DNA from: Gammaproteobacteria bacterium
Lineage (GTDB): Bacteria; Pseudomonadota; Gammaproteobacteria; JBIOEC01
Assembly: GCA_965279305.1 (NCBI GenBank)
Contig: OZ257143.1
Span: 570,001-602,000 of the forward strand
Length of the DNA: 32,000 nucleotides
Reading direction: 5' to 3'
A program made the position numbers and the translations under genes. Below are positions 1 through 9,328 of the stretch, piece by piece. Within the stretch, counting starts at the first letter, position 1, and every line of letters begins with the position of its first letter. Under the pieces are notes generated by a model that worked only from the letters and a program-made list of their open reading frames with translations, was not told the DNA's origin and did not search any database.

Positions 1-137
1 ATACAATAGTTCCTTTATGCTATCAGGAATGAATATTACACAAATGTTTAAAGTATTGATCTTAAGCATGATAGCCGGTTGTGCCAGCGCGTATATAGTA
101 GTGACCCATTACTTATATCAGTTGCACAGCAACTCTT

Positions 138-989
138 CTATCTAAAAGTAATGTCTTCTACTCGCACATAAGCTTCTATAGCGGTTTTTTCTGCGGGCTT
201 CATTTTCCAAGCATGTCCGTAAATCACTTCATACGTCATGGGCAAACGGTTATCTTCCAGAGCGTAAGGCTGATAACATTCCGCCAACTGTTTAAATCGA
301 TTTTTTCCCGTTAATGTTTTGCGTCTAGAACTATCGGCATTCGTCGCACCAATCGTCTGCAAATCTTTCATCATGCTCATCACATCTTTATAAGTTGCAG
401 TAATATATTCCATATCCATTACCGGATCGGAAAAAGAAACTTTTAATAACATATCCCCAATAGGATGCATATCTAAAAAAGTATTTACATGAGGTGCTTT
501 ATCAATTTGAGACCAACAATAACGTAGCTCTTGCAAAGTATCAGGGCCTAATGTTGAAAACATTATTAAACCACCTTCTTTAAGAAGGCGAAAACATTCG
601 CTTAATGCCGGTAGTAGTGGATCACACCATTGAAACATTAAATTAGAAAAAATTAAATCAAAACTATGATCAGGAAAAGGCAGCCGCTCGGCATCAGAAG
701 AAACTCGTATAATATTATTGCCTAATTTATCTGCTTGTTGAAGCATAGACACAGAATGATCGACCGCCACAATTTCAGCAGCTGGATAGCGTTTCGCTAA
801 AGCTTCTAATTGTTTTCCTGTGCCGCAACCTAAATCCATTACACGATGCGGAGATAATTTAATATCATCTAAACGCTCTTCCAAGCGTTTTCCAATTTCT
901 CGTTGAATAAAAGCGGCTTGATCGTAATGCGCAGCCGCTTTATCAAATTGCATGGCTATTCGTTTTTTATCTAGGGGTGAATGTGACAT
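138..989 (-). CDS. bioC: Malonyl-ACP O-methyltransferase BioC (class I SAM methyltransferase)
   Basis: 283-aa ORF. SAM-binding glycine motif VMDLGCGTG and a BioC-like N-terminus (FDKAAAHYDQAAFIQREIG). Its start overlaps the stop of the upstream BioH-like gene by 19 nt. Confidence 0.8.
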   Translation of the reverse strand: MSHSPLDKKRIAMQFDKAAAHYDQAAFIQREIGKRLEERLDDIKLSPHRVMDLGCGTGKQLEALAKRYPAAEIVAVDHSVSMLQQADKLGNNIIRVSSDAERLPFPDHSFDLIFSNLMFQWCDPLLPALSECFRLLKEGGLIMFSTLGPDTLQELRYCWSQIDKAPHVNTFLDMHPIGDMLLKVSFSDPVMDMEYITATYKDVMSMMKDLQTIGATNADSSRRKTLTGKNRFKQLAECYQPYALEDNRLPMTYEVIYGHAWKMKPAEKTAIEAYVRVEDITFR

Positions 990-1762
990 GTGTTAAATAA
1001 CCATTCCGTAAATAAATCAGGATTTGAAAAAAAAGGCATATGAGTGGCGTGTGGCATGACTTCTGTTTTTATTTGTTTTTCATTTTCCAACAAATAATTA
1101 GCCAAGCCTACAGGCACCAATGCATCTTTCCCGCCCAGCAATATATTAACCGGGCATGAAATTAAATTGAAGCTATTACGCAAATCTTGAGTTTTTAAAA
1201 CCGATAAACCCCAGCGCAAACCTTCTTTAGAAGGTAAATTTTCTTTTACAAATACGCTGAGCGCTCTAGCATCTTCCTTGCCAGTGGGAACACCAAACGT
1301 TTGTAAAGCAATAAAACGGGTGAGCGTAGCTTCCACATTAGCTTCAAGACGTTGTGTAAATTGCTCTAAAATATCTTCTCTTACACCATATGACCATTGA
1401 TCATCGGCAACAAATTTTGGCGTGCTCGCCACTAATAATAATTGACGAATATGAGACGGATATTTTTTGGCAATCGCTAACGATAAAACACCACCTAAAG
1501 ACCAACCTAACCAAATAGCATTGGAGGGTGTTTGTTTTACTAGTTGATCTAGTACATCATCAAAAGAGCCGGATTCAAGAATAGGACTCTTTCCATGACC
1601 AGGCAAATCAACCAACGTGATCTCAAAATAAGGGGTTAACTGGGGTAACAAGGCGCTCCAGATCTGGCTTGAAAATCCCCAGCCATGTAATAAAACTAAG
1701 GGTTCAGCATCAGATCGCGTAGATTGCACGCGAGTTATACATAAATCATTCGTCACATTCAT
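971..1762 (-). CDS. bioH: Pimeloyl-ACP methyl ester carboxylesterase BioH (alpha/beta hydrolase)
   Basis: LVLLHGWG oxyanion motif, nucleophile elbow GWSLGG and a C-terminal His (PHATHMPF). The ATG at 1762 overlaps the dapF stop as ATGA, so the ORF-track start at 1777 is probably too long. Adjacency to bioC supports the call. Confidence 0.72.
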   Translation of the reverse strand: MNVTNDLCITRVQSTRSDAEPLVLLHGWGFSSQIWSALLPQLTPYFEITLVDLPGHGKSPILESGSFDDVLDQLVKQTPSNAIWLGWSLGGVLSLAIAKKYPSHIRQLLLVASTPKFVADDQWSYGVREDILEQFTQRLEANVEATLTRFIALQTFGVPTGKEDARALSVFVKENLPSKEGLRWGLSVLKTQDLRNSFNLISCPVNILLGGKDALVPVGLANYLLENEKQIKTEVMPHATHMPFFSNPDLFTEWLFNTCHIHP

Positions 1763-2598
1763 TGAGGATAAAACCACTCACCTTCGGATACTACCGTTGC
1801 GGATCCTGTCATCCATACGGGATCCGCATCTCCACCTAGCCATTCAATAGTTAAATGCCCGCCTGGCAATGCCACATCCACCGTATCTTCTACCCACTGG
1901 TGGCGACGTGCTATCACCATGGCAGCACAAGCCCCGCTACCACATGCCAATGTTTCGCCTACTCCGCGTTCAAATACGCGTAATTTAATATGGCGCCGGT
2001 CACTCACTTTCATCAAACCTACGTTAACACCCTCTGGGAAAGCGGTATGCGTATTTAAAGCGTGCCCCCATTCGTGTAGCAACTTCTCATTGCCATCTTC
2101 TACTAAAATAAGCGCATGTGGGTTACCCATGGAAACCGCATAAAAAGAAACATCATGCCCTAAAATAGAAATAGAGTATTTTTCTTCTTGAGGTAATATC
2201 AAAGGCAAACTGCTGGCCAGAAAATTAGGCGTACCCATATTCACTTTCACATTACCATCCGGCAATTGAATTAACTCCATGATCGTATTTTTGGTAGCGA
2301 CCATTAATTGCTTTTTATCTGATAATTTTTTTAATTGAATAAATTTCGCCAAACATCGTGCGCCATTACCGCATTGCCCACTGGTGCTGCCATCCGCATT
2401 ATAAATGGTATAACCAAAATCCACTGTGGGAAAAGGAGCAGCTTCTAAAATTAATACTTGATCGCAACCAATACCATAATTACGATTGGCAATTAATTGA
2501 ATATCTTCCGTCAGTAGTTCTATATTTTTAGCGATATTATTGATTACTACAAAATCGTTTCCTAATCCATGCATTTTAGTAAAAGGTATTTTTTTCAT
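1759..2598 (-). CDS. dapF: Diaminopimelate epimerase
   Basis: FTKMHGLGNDFVV N-terminus and both catalytic Cys motifs (GNGARC, ACGSGACA). The ATG at 2598 overlaps the lysA stop (ATGA), so the ORF-track start at 2619 is less likely. Confidence 0.9.
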   Translation of the reverse strand: MKKIPFTKMHGLGNDFVVINNIAKNIELLTEDIQLIANRNYGIGCDQVLILEAAPFPTVDFGYTIYNADGSTSGQCGNGARCLAKFIQLKKLSDKKQLMVATKNTIMELIQLPDGNVKVNMGTPNFLASSLPLILPQEEKYSISILGHDVSFYAVSMGNPHALILVEDGNEKLLHEWGHALNTHTAFPEGVNVGLMKVSDRRHIKLRVFERGVGETLACGSGACAAMVIARRHQWVEDTVDVALPGGHLTIEWLGGDADPVWMTGSATVVSEGEWFYPQ

Positions 2599-3839
2599 AG
2601 TAGTTTTTCTTTTTCCCATAAGTCTTCATCTGTTTCACGCTCACGGATCAATACTGGACCTGCATCCGTTAATAATATTTCAGGAACTCGTGGACGTGAA
2701 TTATATTGTGAGCTCATTACAAACCCATAAGCACCGGCGTCTTTCACCGCTAAAAAATCTTTTTCTTCCGCAAACAAGGTTCTGTCTTTTCCTAAAAAAT
2801 CGCTGCTTTCACACACGGGGCCTACCACATCACACAAAAATGTAGCATTATCTGTTTGTTTTAAAGGAACAATATCTTGCCATGCATCATATAAAGCGGG
2901 GCGGATTAAATCGTTCATTCCCCCATCCACAATAATAAAGTTTTTATCGGCTGATTTTTTAACATATTGCACCTCTGTTAAAAAAACACCGGCTTCAGCT
3001 ACAATTGAGCGACCAGGCTCTAAAGATAAGCTAATAGAGCGGCCTTCTAAGCGTTTAATCATCGCTTGGATTAATTCTTTTGGCGTAGGAATTTTTTCAT
3101 TTTGATAAGGAATACCTAAACCACCACCCATATTAATTTTCTCTATCACTATGCCTTCTTTCTCTAATTGATCGACCAGCGTTAAGATATTATCTAGCGC
3201 TTCAATAAAAGGTTCTATTTCTGTGATCTGAGATCCAATGTGGCAATCCACACCAATCACTTTAATATTCGGCAATTGTTTTGCATAACGAAATGCCTTT
3301 AACGCATCGTCCATGCTAATACCAAATTTATTTTCTTTTAAACCGGTACTAATATAATGGTGAGTTTTTGCATCCACATTCGGATTAACACGCAATGCTA
3401 CAGACGCAAGCGATTTACCCTGCTGCGCAATTTTCTGTATGCGATCTAATTCAGGAATAGACTCTACATTAAAACAATAAATATTTTTTGATAAGGCATA
3501 TTCAATTTCATCCTCTGTTTTACCAACGCCTGAAAAAATAATTTTAGCAGGATCGCCGCCCGCTTTTAGCACACGCTTTAATTCGCCAACTGAAACCAAA
3601 TCAAAACCTGCGCCTAATCGTGCCAATAATTGAAGTACAGCTAAATTACTATTGGCTTTAACGGCGTAACACAATAAATGAGGGAAACCATGAAAAGCAT
3701 CTTCATGAGCTTTCCAACGTTCTTCAATCATCGCTTTTGAATACACATAGCAAGGAGTACCAAATTTATTCGCAATATCTATGAGTGAAGTATTGCCACC
3801 ATGCAAAACACCTTCGCGATACTGCCAAAAATTATTCAT
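2595..3839 (-). CDS. lysA: Diaminopimelate decarboxylase
   Basis: 414 aa. PLP-lysine motif CYAVKANSN, plus GGGLGIPY, EPGRSIVA and CESSD motifs typical of fold-III PLP decarboxylases. Sits immediately upstream of dapF. Confidence 0.9.
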   Translation of the reverse strand: MNNFWQYREGVLHGGNTSLIDIANKFGTPCYVYSKAMIEERWKAHEDAFHGFPHLLCYAVKANSNLAVLQLLARLGAGFDLVSVGELKRVLKAGGDPAKIIFSGVGKTEDEIEYALSKNIYCFNVESIPELDRIQKIAQQGKSLASVALRVNPNVDAKTHHYISTGLKENKFGISMDDALKAFRYAKQLPNIKVIGVDCHIGSQITEIEPFIEALDNILTLVDQLEKEGIVIEKINMGGGLGIPYQNEKIPTPKELIQAMIKRLEGRSISLSLEPGRSIVAEAGVFLTEVQYVKKSADKNFIIVDGGMNDLIRPALYDAWQDIVPLKQTDNATFLCDVVGPVCESSDFLGKDRTLFAEEKDFLAVKDAGAYGFVMSSQYNSRPRVPEILLTDAGPVLIRERETDEDLWEKEKLL

Positions 3840-3842
3840 TAG

Positions 3843-4085
3843 TTACTCTTTAGTTTGTACTTTGTTTCTGTAAATTTGTCTTTGCTCTTCTGGAACACCT
3901 TGCTCTCTAGGGGCCTGCTCCGCTTTTTTTATTTCTTCAGCTTTGCTCTCTTGCGTTGTCGTTTCTTGTGCAGCCTCTTCGGTAGCGGGCTCTATCGGCA
4001 TATATAAATTTCCTTTTTGCCCACAAGCAGCCAAGGTGCCTATTAATAGTAGCGGCAGCATTAAATAACTGATGAATTTAGTCAT
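3843..4085 (-). CDS. lptM: Small lipoprotein LptM/YifL (LppL-like)
   Basis: Lipobox LAAC followed by GQKGNLYMP. This is the hallmark of the small lipoprotein that precedes lysA/dapF in many gammaproteobacteria. Start taken at ATG 4085 (MTKFISYLM...). The ORF-track start at 4142 is probably an over-extension. Confidence 0.6.
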   Translation of the reverse strand: MTKFISYLMLPLLLIGTLAACGQKGNLYMPIEPATEEAAQETTTQESKAEEIKKAEQAPREQGVPEEQRQIYRNKVQTKE

Positions 4086-4142
4086 AAAAAACCTAGTAAT
4101 AGCCGAATTAATGCATATAATATCATATTTCTGGGGAAACAT

Positions 4143-4808
4143 ATGTTAGAAACCATTGAACTCTGCAGCTCCATTCACACACCTAATGCCAGCATTATTT
4201 GGATGCATGGGCTAGGCGCCGATGGCTCTGATTTTGAAGATCTCGCTGGTCAATTACAGTTACCTGACGCTCTTTCTATACGATTTATTTTTCCGCACGC
4301 GCCTATACAACCTGTTACCCTCAATGGGGGCATGAAAATGCGCTCATGGTATGACCTTTACGAGCTAAGCACCAACTCTCGCGAAGATGAAAAAGGATTG
4401 TGGGATGCCCATGAAAAAATCGCCGAGCTGATAGAACAAGAACATTTACGAGGCATTCCTAGAAATCGAATTATATTAGGTGGGTTCTCTCAAGGGGGCG
4501 CATTAGCCCTTTACACAGGATTACGATACTCACACGCGTTGGGAGGCATTATTGCCCTATCCACTTATTTGCCGCTCGCTAAAAAATTAAGTGAACAAGC
4601 CAACCCAGCACAAGAACATATTCCCATTTTTATAGCTCATGGTACACAAGATCCCGTGGTACCTTATGCCTGGGGAAAATTAAGCGACACCTACTTGAAA
4701 AAACAAGCTTACAAAGTTGATTGGCATGAATATCGTATGGCGCATCAATTATGCTTACCCGAAATTGCTGATATTCGTGAATGGATAATAAAACAGTTAC
4801 TTCCGTAA
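4143..4808 (+). CDS. Carboxylesterase/phospholipase-family alpha/beta hydrolase
   Basis: 221 aa. Nucleophile elbow GFSQGG, Asp motif HGTQDPVV and a C-terminal His (MAHQLC). The architecture resembles the carboxylesterase II / acyl-protein thioesterase family. Confidence 0.78.
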   Translation: MLETIELCSSIHTPNASIIWMHGLGADGSDFEDLAGQLQLPDALSIRFIFPHAPIQPVTLNGGMKMRSWYDLYELSTNSREDEKGLWDAHEKIAELIEQEHLRGIPRNRIILGGFSQGGALALYTGLRYSHALGGIIALSTYLPLAKKLSEQANPAQEHIPIFIAHGTQDPVVPYAWGKLSDTYLKKQAYKVDWHEYRMAHQLCLPEIADIREWIIKQLLP

Positions 4809-5573
4809 ACTAACGCCTTTCTCTAATAAGTATAAAGCGGTTGCCATTAAAATAACTACTAAGCTGACAATCAAGCCTAAGGCCACATAAATATTCACAT
4901 CCGATATTCCTAATAAGCTATAACGAAACGCATTAACCATATAAAGAATAGGATTAGCTAATGAAACCGTGTGCCAAAAACTGGGGAGTAAATCGATAGA
5001 ATAAAACACACCGCCTAAATAAATTAACGGAGATAAAATAAAAGTAGGAATTAAATTAATATCATCAAATTTACGTGCATAGACTGCATTAACCAAACCT
5101 GCCGTAGCAAATAAAATAGCCGTCAACACAATAACAAATAACATTAAACCGATATTCATAATTTTAATATCAGTGAAAAATAGCGCTACACCCGTAACAA
5201 TAACACCTACCAATAAACCTCTTAACGCACCGCTTAAAACATAGCCTAATAAAATAATTAAATTTGGCGTAGGAGAAACCAGTATTTCCTCAATACTACG
5301 CTGAAATTTGGCACCAAAAAAAGAACCAACCACATTGGCATAAGAATTATTGATAACAGCCATCATCACCAATCCAGGCACTATATATTCGATATAGTTA
5401 ACCCCATTCATATCGCCGATACGTTGCCCCATTAATTTACCGAATACTAAAAAGTAAAGAATAGTAGTAATAACAGATGGTAATATAGTTTGCACCCAGA
5501 TACGCGTAAAACGATGAATCTCTTTGATGACAATAGTATTAAATGAAACTAAATTTCTTTTATTCAACAGCAT
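4797..5573 (-). CDS. yadH: ABC-2 type transporter permease (YadH-like)
   Basis: 258 aa and multi-pass hydrophobic. It closely resembles E. coli YadH as I recall it (EIHRF.RIWVQT..P.VIT..LYF..FG, FFGAKFQR.IEE). Overlaps the upstream ATPase gene. Confidence 0.8.
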   Translation of the reverse strand: MLLNKRNLVSFNTIVIKEIHRFTRIWVQTILPSVITTILYFLVFGKLMGQRIGDMNGVNYIEYIVPGLVMMAVINNSYANVVGSFFGAKFQRSIEEILVSPTPNLIILLGYVLSGALRGLLVGVIVTGVALFFTDIKIMNIGLMLFVIVLTAILFATAGLVNAVYARKFDDINLIPTFILSPLIYLGGVFYSIDLLPSFWHTVSLANPILYMVNAFRYSLLGISDVNIYVALGLIVSLVVILMATALYLLEKGVSLRK

Positions 5574-6495
5574 CGTTATCCTCTTTCGCTCGTGTTAGTT
5601 TTAAGAACATTTCTTCTAAGCGGCTTGTTTTATTACGCAAACTAATAACATTAATTTTCTGTTTTGATAACAAATCAAATAATTCATTAACGGATTGGGT
5701 TTTTGGTACTCCAATTTCCAACGTTGTAGAATCCAGCAACTTAACCTCATACCCTTTTAATACCGGCGCTTGCGTCAATGCTTGGTTAATATCTAGTACT
5801 AAATATTCTAAATCTAGTTTATTTAAAAGTGATTTAGTATCCGTGTTTTCTACAATCTTACCTTTATCAATAATAGCCACGTGTTTGCATAACTGTTCGG
5901 CTTCTTCTAAATAATGCGTGGTTAAAATAATAGTGACGCCTTCGGTATTAATTTTTTTCAAAAACTCATACATCGATCGACGTAATTCAATATCAACACC
6001 GGCGGTAGGCTCATCTAAAATTAATACTTGGGGATGGTGAACTAACGCGCGGGCGATCATCAAGCGACGTTTCATACCACCTGATAATAAGCGAGCCTCT
6101 GAATCACGCTTTTCCCATAAGCCTAAATCTTTTAGCAATTTATCCACGGTGATTTTGGCTTTATCTCGCGTTACACCGTAATATCCTGCTTGGTTAATTA
6201 AAATATCTTTTACTTTTTCAAAGATACTAAAGTTATATTCTTGAGGAACCACACCAATATACGATTTGGCTAATGAAAAATCGGTATCAATATTGGCATC
6301 AAAAATGCGAACTTGTCCGCTAGTTTTTCTAATCAGTGAAGTTAAAATACCAATAGTGGTGGATTTACCCGCGCCATTAGGTCCTAACAACGCAAAAAAA
6401 TCGCCTTTTTTAACAGTTAAGCTAATGTTTTCAAGTGCCAGCATGCCATTTTCATAGGTTTTGCTCAAGTCTTGAATTGTAATTGCATCTACCAT
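5560..6495 (-). CDS. yadG: ABC transporter ATP-binding protein (YadG-like)
   Basis: Walker A GPNGAGKST, signature LSGGMKRR, Walker B VLILDEPTAGVD and H-loop TTHYLEEA. Translationally overlaps the permease gene. Confidence 0.88.
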   Translation of the reverse strand: MVDAITIQDLSKTYENGMLALENISLTVKKGDFFALLGPNGAGKSTTIGILTSLIRKTSGQVRIFDANIDTDFSLAKSYIGVVPQEYNFSIFEKVKDILINQAGYYGVTRDKAKITVDKLLKDLGLWEKRDSEARLLSGGMKRRLMIARALVHHPQVLILDEPTAGVDIELRRSMYEFLKKINTEGVTIILTTHYLEEAEQLCKHVAIIDKGKIVENTDTKSLLNKLDLEYLVLDINQALTQAPVLKGYEVKLLDSTTLEIGVPKTQSVNELFDLLSKQKINVISLRNKTSRLEEMFLKLTRAKEDNDAVE

Positions 6496-6509
6496 GTCGC
6501 TCTAACCTC

Positions 6510-8063
6510 TTATTTTTTTGTATCGTCAGATAAATCTATCACAGGAATATCGCTTACTGATAAAACACCGTGTTCATAGCGAACATTAATATAGTACTTA
6601 TGATCTTCATTCTTAACAAATCCAAACGATTCAGCCTGCTTAATCATGGCATCTGATTCGGCTTGATAATCGCGTGTTGTCATCTCTGATTTTACAGGTC
6701 CTTCGGCAGAAGGAGTAGATGAAACCGAGGGTGAATGGATAACCGCAGGCTCAGTCACTCGCATAAAAGGCGTTAACCACATATAAAATTGCGAAAGCCC
6801 CCAAGCAGCAGTCTGTTTTACTAACGTTTCAGAAGCGGTTAACTCCAGATGCGCATCTACATTTTTGATCCAATAATCAAAACTATCCAACTCATTTCTA
6901 TCGTTGGCTGGTGCTAATATAGAGATACCGGCATCACCTGAGAGAGAGCCCGATTCTGTTACTAAAACAAAATCATTTATTTGGTAAGAAGGTTTACGTT
7001 GCACTAACTGTAGCACATCATTAAATAGCTCCTGTTTTTGCGCAGGGCTTAAATAATTATAAAAGAGTTCTGTTGAATCAGATGAAAACCAAGCATCATA
7101 TAATTTTCTAATATCTTCTAATGCCGCTCTATCAATATGAGTATAAGTAACATCCGCACTAAACGGCCCCATAATATTTTTATTAAAAGAGAAATTTTCT
7201 AATTTTACTTTAGTTTCTCCATTCATTTCGCCCTGATCGTTTCCAGACACATGAATGCTGTGGTACGAAAACTGATTCGCAATATATTGCATATCTTGTG
7301 CAGCAATTTGTAAGGCATCCAATGTTAATTTTGTCTCACCAAACCAAGTGCCGTACCATAATGCGGTAGGATGATCGAGCTCACCTGAAAATTGTAATTG
7401 CGCATCATCCACAACCCATCGAACACCATTCTGATTATTAATAGGATAAAGCACAAAATTAAAATGCGGCACCGCAATAGCAGCGGTCATATCTTCTCCG
7501 CTGCGAGAACGTTTCATTTCAAAATCAAATCCTGAAAAGTTTAACTGGCCTTGTTCGTCTTGAAAACTAATTTCATTTGTTTTTGCCCATATTTTTTGAT
7601 CGGCTAATAAACTGATATAACCATTAATAGTTCCAGTATTCGCGCCGGTGATTTCCACAAAACGTGCAGGCAAATTTTCTGTTACATAATTAACAGGCGC
7701 TTCTATCCACGCGAGTCCCCATAAAGGACGCGGCTCGTTCGAATGAGGGCGCCATAAAAAAGGACCATGAGAGATATGTGCAACAGTGGTTACAATAGGT
7801 TTTAAAGCAGCAATATTATTTTCGCTAGCAGGCGCATGATAATTGATATTGATAGTAGCGCTTGAATGCCACCAATGACGCTCGATATCTGAAACCGCCA
7901 ATTCTATTGCGCCTAATTGGCCGCCTCTAATAGGAATGCGTAACCCGTTAATTTCGTTTAACACATATTTAGCATGCCACCCAAACAAAAAAGGCAGTGC
8001 TAGAATGAGGGATAGAGGAACCGCAGTTCCAAGTAACCAGAATTTTGTTGACCTTTTTAGCAT
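6510..8063 (-). CDS. YdgA-like (DUF945) membrane-anchored protein
   Basis: 517 aa with an N-terminal TM anchor. The size and scattered motifs (HISHGPF, FSGFDFEM) resemble E. coli YdgA as I remember it. The assignment is tentative. Confidence 0.45.
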   Translation of the reverse strand: MLKRSTKFWLLGTAVPLSLILALPFLFGWHAKYVLNEINGLRIPIRGGQLGAIELAVSDIERHWWHSSATININYHAPASENNIAALKPIVTTVAHISHGPFLWRPHSNEPRPLWGLAWIEAPVNYVTENLPARFVEITGANTGTINGYISLLADQKIWAKTNEISFQDEQGQLNFSGFDFEMKRSRSGEDMTAAIAVPHFNFVLYPINNQNGVRWVVDDAQLQFSGELDHPTALWYGTWFGETKLTLDALQIAAQDMQYIANQFSYHSIHVSGNDQGEMNGETKVKLENFSFNKNIMGPFSADVTYTHIDRAALEDIRKLYDAWFSSDSTELFYNYLSPAQKQELFNDVLQLVQRKPSYQINDFVLVTESGSLSGDAGISILAPANDRNELDSFDYWIKNVDAHLELTASETLVKQTAAWGLSQFYMWLTPFMRVTEPAVIHSPSVSSTPSAEGPVKSEMTTRDYQAESDAMIKQAESFGFVKNEDHKYYINVRYEHGVLSVSDIPVIDLSDDTKK

Positions 8064-8240
8064 CCAAAGTTCCTTTTGATCTTTTTAGGTGATCTCTTTA
8101 GGTGGGGCGTTTTAGGAGCCTGTTTTGGGGCTTCCTTGGCTATTATATCATAGCGAATTAGGGTGGATTGCATTAAGGCACGGCTTTTTGTATAATAGAT
8201 GCCCATAGATTATTAATACGTCCTAAAGTAGAGGTTTTTA

Positions 8241-8489
8241 ATGAAAGCATCGATTCACCCTGAATATAAAGAAATTAAAGTGGTATGCAGCTGTGGTAAC
8301 ACCTTTACTACCCGCTCAACCTTGGGTGCTCAAAAAGACGTATTAAACCTCGAAATCTGTTCAGCTTGCCACCCTTTCTATACTGGCCAACAAAAAGTAA
8401 TGGATACTGGCGGCCGTGTAGACAAGTTCAAACAACGCTACGGCGGACTTGGCGACAAGAAGAAAACCGGCACAGAAGACAAGTCATAA
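8241..8489 (+). CDS. rpmE: 50S ribosomal protein L31 (Zn-ribbon form)
   Basis: MKASIHPEY..., four Cys (CSCG ... [10 protein letters not shown]) and [11 protein letters not shown]. Carries a short Lys/Asp-rich C-terminal tail. Confidence 0.95.
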   Translation: MKASIHPEYKEIKVVCSCGNTFTTRSTLGAQKDVLNLEICSACHPFYTGQQKVMDTGGRVDKFKQRYGGLGDKKKTGTEDKS

Positions 8490-8498
8490 TTTTTGTTA

Positions 8499-9233
8499 TT
8501 ACTCGTGCAATAACCCCAATCTTCGTGCTCTAACAATAGCCTGATATTTATTGCTTACACCCAGCTTTTTATTCAAATTTTGAATATGAAAATTGGCTGT
8601 TCTTTCGGTAATATGAAGGTTTTTCGCGATATCTCTAGCCAAATAACCTTTGACCGTTAACTCTAAACACTGCATTTCACGCCGCGTAAGCTTAAACTTA
8701 TCTATAGTGCCCTGCTCGGGCTGCAATAATTCGACCAATTTTCCATAGTAATAGTACCCTGCCAAAAAGCAGAAATGTACGTATTCCGGGTGCTGATCTA
8801 ACCAGTTTTCCCCTTTTCGCTGGTGCAATACTAATACCGAAAACTCATCCCCAGGCCCATGAATGGGGATCAGCAAGCCTTTATGCAACCCAAACTGAAT
8901 GGATTCTTCTCTTAATCGGGCTTCTTTGGCCTGTTTTACTTCTTTTATTTGCTCATATACATCCCATAAAATGGGCTCCGCCACCTTCTTGGCCAGCTTC
9001 AAAGTTTGGTCTACATCTTCATATTGAGAGGCAATAAAATGGTGATGCCAGGCTTCAAGGGCCGGGCTTACATACGAATATCGCAAGGGTCGTTGAGAGC
9101 TGGGGTACAGATCATAATAGGTAAAAGCATAGCTATGGATCCCTAAAGTACTTAAATAATGGCTTAAAACCTTATTTAATTCCTTAAGAGAATCGGCCTG
9201 TTTAATACGTTCCAATAGCTGCTGAATAGTCAT
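8499..9233 (-). CDS. LuxR-family transcriptional regulator (autoinducer-binding-like N-domain + HTH); LuxR solo
   Basis: C-terminal LuxR HTH (LTRREMQCLELTVKGYLARDIAKNLHITERTANFHIQNLNKKLGV). The N-terminal ~170 aa carry W..Y..D / ILWD / IPIHGP spacing reminiscent of acyl-HSL-binding domains. No luxI-like gene is in the window. Confidence 0.78.
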   Translation of the reverse strand: MTIQQLLERIKQADSLKELNKVLSHYLSTLGIHSYAFTYYDLYPSSQRPLRYSYVSPALEAWHHHFIASQYEDVDQTLKLAKKVAEPILWDVYEQIKEVKQAKEARLREESIQFGLHKGLLIPIHGPGDEFSVLVLHQRKGENWLDQHPEYVHFCFLAGYYYYGKLVELLQPEQGTIDKFKLTRREMQCLELTVKGYLARDIAKNLHITERTANFHIQNLNKKLGVSNKYQAIVRARRLGLLHE

Positions 9234-9243
9234 AAAAACCCCA

Positions 9244-9293
9244 AAAACCTGACAGTGATAACAGGTTTTAATTATAGCATACCAGGATACAAT
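9244..9293 (+). promoter_or_regulatory. lux-box-like palindrome plus -10 element upstream of the GH5 gene
   Basis: AAAACCTG-N10-CAGGTTTT (9244-9269). Its 20-bp core ACCTGACAGTGATAACAGGT (9247-9266) has the same length and outer ACCTG/CAGGT arms as the classic lux box. TACAAT lies at 9288-9293, which would centre the box near -43 of a start around 9300. Confidence 0.45.
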
Positions 9294-9328
9294 GTTGGAA
9301 CATTAACTAATTCTTAGTGGAGTAGCAC

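Noticed and set aside
1-145. Plus-strand reading frame open from the window edge to a TAA at 143-145 (...MNITQMFKVLILSMIAGCASAYIVVTHYLYQLHSNSSI), with a lipobox-like IAGC.
   Set aside because: Only ~47 codons are visible, there is no usable RBS, and it overlaps the bioC stop. It cannot be told apart from chance or from the tail of a gene outside the window.
1919-2845. ORFs 1919-2143 (+) and 2540-2845 (+), antisense to dapF/lysA.
   Set aside because: They lie fully inside well-supported genes on the opposite strand, have low-complexity, biased composition, and carry no RBS or motifs.
5543-6457. ORFs 5543-5914 (+) and 6266-6457 (+), antisense to the ABC ATPase gene.
   Set aside because: Shadow ORFs of a strongly supported gene.
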